A stretch of DNA of 64,000 nucleotides from Candidatus Latescibacterota bacterium (GTDB lineage: Bacteria > Latescibacterota > UBA2968 > UBA8231): assembly GCA_965206595.1 (NCBI GenBank), contig OZ242214.1:1394986-1458985 (forward strand), read 5' to 3'. Position 1 is the first letter of the stretch. Each line of letters starts with the position of its first letter. Below the pieces are notes generated by a model. The model worked only from the letters and a program-made list of their open reading frames with translations. It was not told the DNA's origin and searched no databases. Positions 58,352 to 64,000 of the stretch are shown here, one piece after another. The position numbers and the translations under genes were made by a program.

Positions 58352-60535
58352 ATGGGGAAGGCGGTGATCGCGGACAACTCCTGGATGCAGTTGCGCAGCA
58401 GGGACAAGGAGTACGGGGCCACATTCGAAAAACCGTTTCCCGTCGGCACCGAGTACTACCGCCCGCCGACCCCGACCCAGGAATTCTGGGACGCCGACTT
58501 TCGCCGCATAAGCGCCGCGGGCATGAGCATCGTGCGTGTCTGGTACAGCTGGAACTGGGTCGAGACGCTCCCGAACCGGTACGAGTTCGACGACCTCGAC
58601 CTGCTGTTCGAAACGGCCGCGAAATACCGGCTCAAGGTGTGGCTCGACACTCCTCTGGGCACCCACATGGCCGCCCCTGCCTGGATGTTGCGCGAACACC
58701 CCGACATGCGCGCTGTCTGGCGGGACGGCAGCGTGCAGCAGGACGTGGCCGGGGACTTTTCTCCCCATGGCAGCATGACCCACAACTTCGACCACCCGAT
58801 GTGGCGGGTGTACGTCGAACGCTACCTGCGCCAGCTGGTGCCGCGTTACAGGGACCACGAGGCGATGGGTATCTGGGGCACCTGGGACGGGATCGGCTAT
58901 GCCGCGGCCTGGACGGCGCCCGAGCCGTACCCGCCGTACAACGACTACACAATCGCCAAGTACAAGGACTGGCTGTACCGGCGCTATACCCTCGACGAGC
59001 TCAACGAGAAGTTGCTGCGTCGCTACCGCTCCTGGGAAGACGTGCAACCGCCGCGCAGCAACGCCGCCATCGTCGAGATGCTGTTGTACAGGCAGTTCCA
59101 CTGCGAGAACATGGCCGACCACCTCGGTTGGATGGCCGCCCTCGTCGACGAGCTCGACGGCCGCCACGAGCAGCGCTCGCACGGCGGCTCCTACCCGATG
59201 CCCCACCACGAAACAGTGAGTCCGGCGATCGACAGCTGGGGGCTGTCCCACCACTCGGCGGACCGCCTGACCAGCGGCGATCCGTACAGCCTGGCCTGCG
59301 AGGCCTACGGCTTTCACTGGTGCCGCCCCATGGGGCGGGACGGCCGCTGGTGGAACGAGGAGATCTACGGCAGCTTCGTCGGCGGCCTCATGCCGCGCGA
59401 GAAGATGACGATCGGTGAAGAGTCGGCCATGCACATCTGGCTGACCCTAATCGAAGGGGGTGCCGGCGCCATGTTCTGGCAGTACCGGCCCGAGTACATG
59501 ACCTTCGAGGCTCCCGGGCTCAGCATCATGGCACTCGACGGCGGCCCGACCGTCCGCTTCGCCGCCGCGGAGCGGACGATCGCGCAGATCGATGCGATCT
59601 CCGACCACTTGCCGCTGTCGATCCCGCGCTCCGACATGGCCATCGCCTACAGCGGCAGCAGCCACCAGGTTTTCGACTTCAACGACGCCGGCTTCAAGTT
59701 CCTCCAGCACCACCGGGGCATGTACCGGGCGCTGTGGCCTCACAGCGTCGCCGTCGATCTCGTCACCGCGAAGACGGACTGGTCCGGGTACGGGCTGGTG
59801 TACCTTCCCAACTTTGCGGTCATGGAGGAGGAGGCCCTGGCGCGGCTGCGGGGAGTGCTCGAGGACGAGCAGGGGCCGCGCCTCCTGGCCGACGGGTACT
59901 TCGCCACCTTCGCCGGCAAGGGACACTGGAGCTTCAGTCCTCCCGATGGGCTCGGCGACCTGATCGACTGCCGCATCGCCGACCTCGACATGGTCAACGA
60001 GCAGGATGTCGCAGCGGCAAGAAACCTCCTTGCAACCCCATACGGAGAATTCCGGCTGCCCGCGGGTACCTCGTACTGCATCATCGAGCCGGGCAGCGGC
60101 ATGGAGGCCGTCGGCACTATCGGAGGCCGGGTCGTCGGGGTGCAGTCGGCAGGCCAACGGATGACCTGGTACGGCGTCTCCCTGGCGGCGACCGGCTCCT
60201 CCACCGTGACCGGGCAGCCGGGCGGGCCCTCGCCGGTCCCGGTGGTCGATGAGAGCGTGGCCCTGGCCATCGCCAGGGAGGCCGGGGTCGAGTCCCGGTT
60301 CGATATCGGCGGGGACCGCGTGGTCGCGTACCGGCGCCAGTCCAGACGCGGCGGGTCGCTGGTGTTTCTGTTGAACCTCGAAGAGCGGACCGCGAGGACG
60401 ACGGTGGGGTTGCGCTGGAAGGTAGACGAGGCCCGGGATCTGCTCGCCGGACGGCCACTTGCCCTGGTCAACGGCACCTTCCAGTTGGAACTCGCTTTCG
60501 GCGAAGTGGCAGTGATTCACTGCACTGACGCCTGA
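58352..60535 (+). CDS. Glycoside hydrolase family 42-like protein (beta-galactosidase-like fold; catalytic competence unverified)
   Basis: Start ATG 58352, 2 nt after the SDR stop; N-terminal region collinear with GH42 TIM-barrel proteins (EYYRPPTPTQEFWDADFRRISAAGMSIVRVWYSWNWVETLPNRYEF...KVWLDTP...AAPAWM); the N-terminal 139 codons of ORF 57935..60535 overlap the SDR gene and are not credited. Confidence 0.5.
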   Translation: MGKAVIADNSWMQLRSRDKEYGATFEKPFPVGTEYYRPPTPTQEFWDADFRRISAAGMSIVRVWYSWNWVETLPNRYEFDDLDLLFETAAKYRLKVWLDTPLGTHMAAPAWMLREHPDMRAVWRDGSVQQDVAGDFSPHGSMTHNFDHPMWRVYVERYLRQLVPRYRDHEAMGIWGTWDGIGYAAAWTAPEPYPPYNDYTIAKYKDWLYRRYTLDELNEKLLRRYRSWEDVQPPRSNAAIVEMLLYRQFHCENMADHLGWMAALVDELDGRHEQRSHGGSYPMPHHETVSPAIDSWGLSHHSADRLTSGDPYSLACEAYGFHWCRPMGRDGRWWNEEIYGSFVGGLMPREKMTIGEESAMHIWLTLIEGGAGAMFWQYRPEYMTFEAPGLSIMALDGGPTVRFAAAERTIAQIDAISDHLPLSIPRSDMAIAYSGSSHQVFDFNDAGFKFLQHHRGMYRALWPHSVAVDLVTAKTDWSGYGLVYLPNFAVMEEEALARLRGVLEDEQGPRLLADGYFATFAGKGHWSFSPPDGLGDLIDCRIADLDMVNEQDVAAARNLLATPYGEFRLPAGTSYCIIEPGSGMEAVGTIGGRVVGVQSAGQRMTWYGVSLAATGSSTVTGQPGGPSPVPVVDESVALAIAREAGVESRFDIGGDRVVAYRRQSRRGGSLVFLLNLEERTARTTVGLRWKVDEARDLLAGRPLALVNGTFQLELAFGEVAVIHCTDA

Positions 60536-60573
60536 ATCGTTGCGTAGGGGGCACACACGGTCCGGGGCAGCAT

Positions 60574-60606
60574 CCGGCAGGGAACATCCTGCCGGATCTG
60601 TTTGCT
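60574..60606 (+). terminator. Candidate intrinsic terminator downstream of the GH42-like gene
   Basis: Perfect 8-bp stem CCGGCAGG-GAACAT-CCTGCCGG followed by ATCTGTTTGCT (weak T tract), ~40 nt after the stop. Confidence 0.35.
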
Positions 60607-60980
60607 GAAATCGATATTGCCGTTCCGGGCCCCCATCCTCGCGCCGACCGGGGCCAGTGGCTTCCCGCCTAGATCGAGCGGACAACACCCGTCAGCACCC
60701 CGACTATCCCGCATGAGGGAAGGGGACGGCGGCAAGGGTGATCCCCGCGTCCGGAAGCGGATCAGCGACCAACCGGCCGCTATGGAACGTCACGTCCCGA
60801 AGGAATGGGTCGGCTCTCCGCGAGGGAGGAGCGAGCCCGTTCCCCGGCTACGTACCCTCCCGCGAAGTCGGTCCAGATACCGGGGTACTGCGAAGGTCAT
60901 GGAGACGCGGTCGATCGGTGTTCTTTCGTCCCGTACTCTTCGCCGGAAGTGCTGAAACCGGGAGCCGGGAAAGGAGAATC

Positions 60981-61940
60981 ATGAGGCGTGTAGCCAAACC
61001 GGAGGGCCTGCACAACATCGTCGTCGAGGAAGTGGAGACTCCTCGGATTTCTCCCACGGAGGTCCGCGTAAAGACGCAGCGCACTCTGATCAGCCGTGGC
61101 TCGGAGATCGGCGCCCGCTACACCCGGGAGGGCCCTGTCGACCCGGCCATCATGGGGTACTCGCAGGCCGGCGTCGTCGTCGAGGTGGGCGCCGAGGTCG
61201 ACGGGTACTCCGCGGGGGACCGCATCGCTTCGGTGCGGCCGCATGCCGAATACGTCGTCGTCGACGTCGAGCGCCACAGCGGCGACATCATCCCGCTTCC
61301 CGACGGGGTCAGCTTCGAGACCGCTACCTTCTGGCCGCTGACGACCAGCTCGGTCCGGTGGATGCAGGAGGCGGGTATCGCCCGGGGGGAGACCCTCGTG
61401 ATCCTGGGACAGGGGCTGGTGGGGAGCCTGTGCATGCAGGTCGCGAGGAAGCTGTACGCTCCCCGGATCATCGCCGTCGACGCGCTGCCGCTGCGCTGCG
61501 ACCTGGCGCGGGCCCTGGGTGCCGACGAGGTGGTCGCCGCCGCCGCGGAGGATCCGGTCGAGGCGATCCGCGGTCTCACCGGAGAAGGGGCCGACGTCGT
61601 CGTCGAAGCGGTTGGCGGACCGGGCGGCGTCCGGGCTTTCGAGCAGGCCCAGGAGATGCTGAAACGGGGTGGCCTTCTGCACGTTTTGGGTCTGTACGAA
61701 AACGAGCCGCTTCCCCTCTATTCCAACCGGATCCAGGGCCGGCGGCTGCTGGGAGGGTACATCGACCTCGATGCCAGGAAGGCGAGCTCGGTGGAGGCGA
61801 TGTCCCTGCTGGAGAGCGGGGCCATCGCCACGGAACGGATGATCACCCACCGCTTCCCGTTCACCGAGGCCAAGGAGGCGTTCGACCTGCTTTACGGCCG
61901 GCCCGGAGAAACGATGGCCGTCATCCTGACTTGGGGCTAG
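60981..61940 (+). CDS. Medium-chain dehydrogenase/reductase (MDR, alcohol-dehydrogenase-like) family oxidoreductase
   Basis: ATG 60981 with AAAGGAGAA RBS; GroES-like N-terminal part and Rossmann motif LVILGQGLVGSLCMQVA; upstream part of ORF 60738..61940 not credited. Confidence 0.75.
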   Translation: MRRVAKPEGLHNIVVEEVETPRISPTEVRVKTQRTLISRGSEIGARYTREGPVDPAIMGYSQAGVVVEVGAEVDGYSAGDRIASVRPHAEYVVVDVERHSGDIIPLPDGVSFETATFWPLTTSSVRWMQEAGIARGETLVILGQGLVGSLCMQVARKLYAPRIIAVDALPLRCDLARALGADEVVAAAAEDPVEAIRGLTGEGADVVVEAVGGPGGVRAFEQAQEMLKRGGLLHVLGLYENEPLPLYSNRIQGRRLLGGYIDLDARKASSVEAMSLLESGAIATERMITHRFPFTEAKEAFDLLYGRPGETMAVILTWG

Positions 61941-62034
61941 CCGGTTTGGAGCCCCCGGACAGATCGGCACCGGTTCATTTTTTCCAGGGGAGCCAGGCGC
62001 GGGAATCCCGTTTGACAGCCTCGGGAACGGGGCC

Positions 62035-63102
62035 TTGTTTCCAAGCGATTACCCTGCCTCTGGACCGCCCACAGTGAATATCCCGACCCCAGCCATTTTC
62101 CGAGTCGCACTCCTTTTCCTCATTTCCTGCGCACCGCTCACGAAACCGGTGCCCGAACCCGATTCCGCTGCCACCGAGCCGGAGGAGGCGCAGGAAACCC
62201 CCCTTGAGCGTTACCTGCAAAGCAGGCCGGCGGAGGAGACCGAGACCAAAAGCAAAAAGCCCTGGATCGCCGTCCTGCCGATGAAAGACGAGTCTGGATT
62301 TCGCGAAGGTGTGTGGGATATAGAAAACGAGCTTCCAGCCCTGCTGACCGAGGAACTGGGCTCGCAGGATGTCTGGCGCTCCGTTCCGTACGACGCAGTG
62401 CGGCAGGTCGCAGGCGGTGCGCGCGATCACTGGCCCGACGAGGAGCTTATACGCGTCGCCGTTCTGTTGCGCGCCGACATCCTTCTGAAGGGAACGGTTC
62501 TCGACTACAACATGGAACGGTTCCATGTCGGAGATCCGCTCCTCGCCGGGTACAAATCCTTCAGCGGCATCGCCGAACTGGAGCTTAGCGCAATGCGGGG
62601 AGGGGACCTGTCGACGCTCGGAAGGCTGTATTCGAAGAAGGAGACGACCGACCGCGACCTCGGACTCGACCTGTTCGGCAAGCCGCGCGAGCAGGACTTC
62701 CAGTACGTCAATCTCGACAAGATGGCGTTCGGCTCCGACGAATTCCGCGCCACTCCCATAGGTGAGGCAACCGTGCAGGCGCTCGTCGAGGTGGGGGACA
62801 AGCTCTCCGAGCTGATTCGCCCGGGGAACATTCGCCTGGGAAGCGAACCGGCGAAGATCCTGTCGGTGTACGGCGACGAGATATTCATCAACCTCGGGAG
62901 CGAGAACGCCGTGCACAGGGGGTACCGCTTCGAAATCTACCCCGGGCCGGAGCGGGCAATCGAGAAAGAGCTGGACACCTTGGTGAGCGTGGGCTTGGTC
63001 GAGGTTGCCGACGTCGTCGGGGCGCGCGTATCTCGAGTCGTGATGATCGGCAACGGGGAAATCGCCTCCGGTGACCGCCTGAAATTCGTACAACCCCAGT
63101 AG
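62035..63102 (+). CDS. Putative lipoprotein (CsgG/LpoB-like motif IAVLPMKDESG); start uncertain
   Basis: Lipobox-like LLFLISCAP; ORF track opens at TTG 62035, an in-frame GTG at 62074 gives a shorter signal peptide (MNIPTPAIFRVALLFLISC); no family assigned confidently. Confidence 0.5.
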   Translation: MFPSDYPASGPPTVNIPTPAIFRVALLFLISCAPLTKPVPEPDSAATEPEEAQETPLERYLQSRPAEETETKSKKPWIAVLPMKDESGFREGVWDIENELPALLTEELGSQDVWRSVPYDAVRQVAGGARDHWPDEELIRVAVLLRADILLKGTVLDYNMERFHVGDPLLAGYKSFSGIAELELSAMRGGDLSTLGRLYSKKETTDRDLGLDLFGKPREQDFQYVNLDKMAFGSDEFRATPIGEATVQALVEVGDKLSELIRPGNIRLGSEPAKILSVYGDEIFINLGSENAVHRGYRFEIYPGPERAIEKELDTLVSVGLVEVADVVGARVSRVVMIGNGEIASGDRLKFVQPQ

Positions 63103-63123
63103 TCGAGAGAGGAAAGCCGGAAG

Positions 63124-64000
63124 GTGGAGGGAGTTGTCAAATACCAGCGGGGCCGCGGGTTCGTGGAGCTTCGCGACGTCGAGGAGCAGCCTCCCGGGCC
63201 CTCGCAGGTGAAGATCGAAGTGAAGGCGAGCGGGATCTGCGGATCCGATCTGCACATCCTGCACGACACGATCAACTACAACATCCGCACCCCGGTGGTC
63301 ATGGGCCACGAGTTCAGCGGCGTCGTGATCGAAAAAGGGGCCGGGGTCGGCGAGGGGGTGGCAATCGGCGATCGCGTCACGGGTGAACCGAGCATCGAGA
63401 TCTGCGGCAGCTGTTCCTACTGCCTGAGCGAACACTACAACCTCTGTCCTGGCCGCAGGGTGATGGGCTACTACCACAACGGCTGCTTCGCCCCGTACGT
63501 CAACGCCCGTTTTGTCCATCGCCTGCCGGACAACGTCAGCTTCAAGGCGGGGGCGGTAACCGAGCTCCTGGCGTGCTGCGTTCACTCCGTAATCGAACAG
63601 GCGGGGGTGGCTGCCGGTGACTTCGTCGCCGTCATCGGACCAGGGCCGGTCGGTTTGTTCTCGGCGCTGGTAGCGAAGGCGGAGGGTGGAACGGTGATGG
63701 TTTGCGGCACTTCCAGGGATCGCGAACGTCTCCGATTTGCCGAAGAGCTGGGGATCGATGAGACCGCGGTCGTCGACGGGACCGACGTCGCAGGGCGGGC
63801 GCGCGAGTTGACCGGGGGCTACGGCGCAGATGTCGTTGTCGAATGCGCCGGGGTGGCACCGGCCATCGACCTCGCTCTCGACATGGTGCGCAAACGGGGC
63901 AAGGTGTCGCAGATGGGGCTGCCCGGGAAGCCGGTGCAGGTCGACTTCGAGAAGGTGGCCTACAAGGAACTGCAGGTGAGCGGGGGGATCGGACAGAGGC
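63124..64000 (+). CDS. Zinc-dependent alcohol/polyol dehydrogenase (MDR family, sorbitol/threonine dehydrogenase-like), 3'-partial
   Basis: GTG start 63124 with GAGAGGAAAG RBS; catalytic-zinc motifs GICGSDLH and GHEFSGVV, structural-zinc Cys cluster CGSCSYCLSEHYNLC, Rossmann GPGPVGL; runs off the window end. Confidence 0.85.
   Translation, partial: MEGVVKYQRGRGFVELRDVEEQPPGPSQVKIEVKASGICGSDLHILHDTINYNIRTPVVMGHEFSGVVIEKGAGVGEGVAIGDRVTGEPSIEICGSCSYCLSEHYNLCPGRRVMGYYHNGCFAPYVNARFVHRLPDNVSFKAGAVTELLACCVHSVIEQAGVAAGDFVAVIGPGPVGLFSALVAKAEGGTVMVCGTSRDRERLRFAEELGIDETAVVDGTDVAGRARELTGGYGADVVVECAGVAPAIDLALDMVRKRGKVSQMGLPGKPVQVDFEKVAYKELQVSGGIGQR

Overview
High-GC bacterial chromosomal segment (64 kb), probably from an uncultured FCB-superphylum-like organism: two genes carry T9SS-type C-terminal sorting domains and there are several TonB-dependent receptors. 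Read 5'->3' it holds a 5'-partial ammonium transporter, a TonB receptor with an orphan periplasmic binding protein, and an unusually dense set of PhyH-family Fe(II)/2-oxoglutarate dioxygenase paralogs (7 intact, 1 remnant, plus one other 2OG-oxygenase-like gene). These are interleaved with NAD(P) oxidoreductases (Gfo/Idh/MocA x2, SDR, MDR x2, D-2-hydroxyacid dehydrogenase), ThuA, an SMP-30 lactonase, a creatininase-family amidohydrolase, a class IV aminotransferase, FBPase, an MFS transporter and a GH42-like protein. The most unusual locus is a minus-strand operon of PhyH -> two tandem Rieske-fusion paralogs -> a T9SS-type secreted protein; the Rieske C-terminal domain could not be assigned to any family I recognise. 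The middle of the window is rich in mobile elements: two near-identical IS630-family copies in direct orientation (one disrupting an ankyrin-repeat gene at a TA site), an IS1182-family element with AT-richer ends, and a decayed IS91-family remnant. At least six genes are frameshifted or truncated; whether this is decay or consensus error cannot be decided from sequence alone. No rRNA, tRNA or CRISPR array was recognised. All family assignments are from motif recognition by eye, not database searches.
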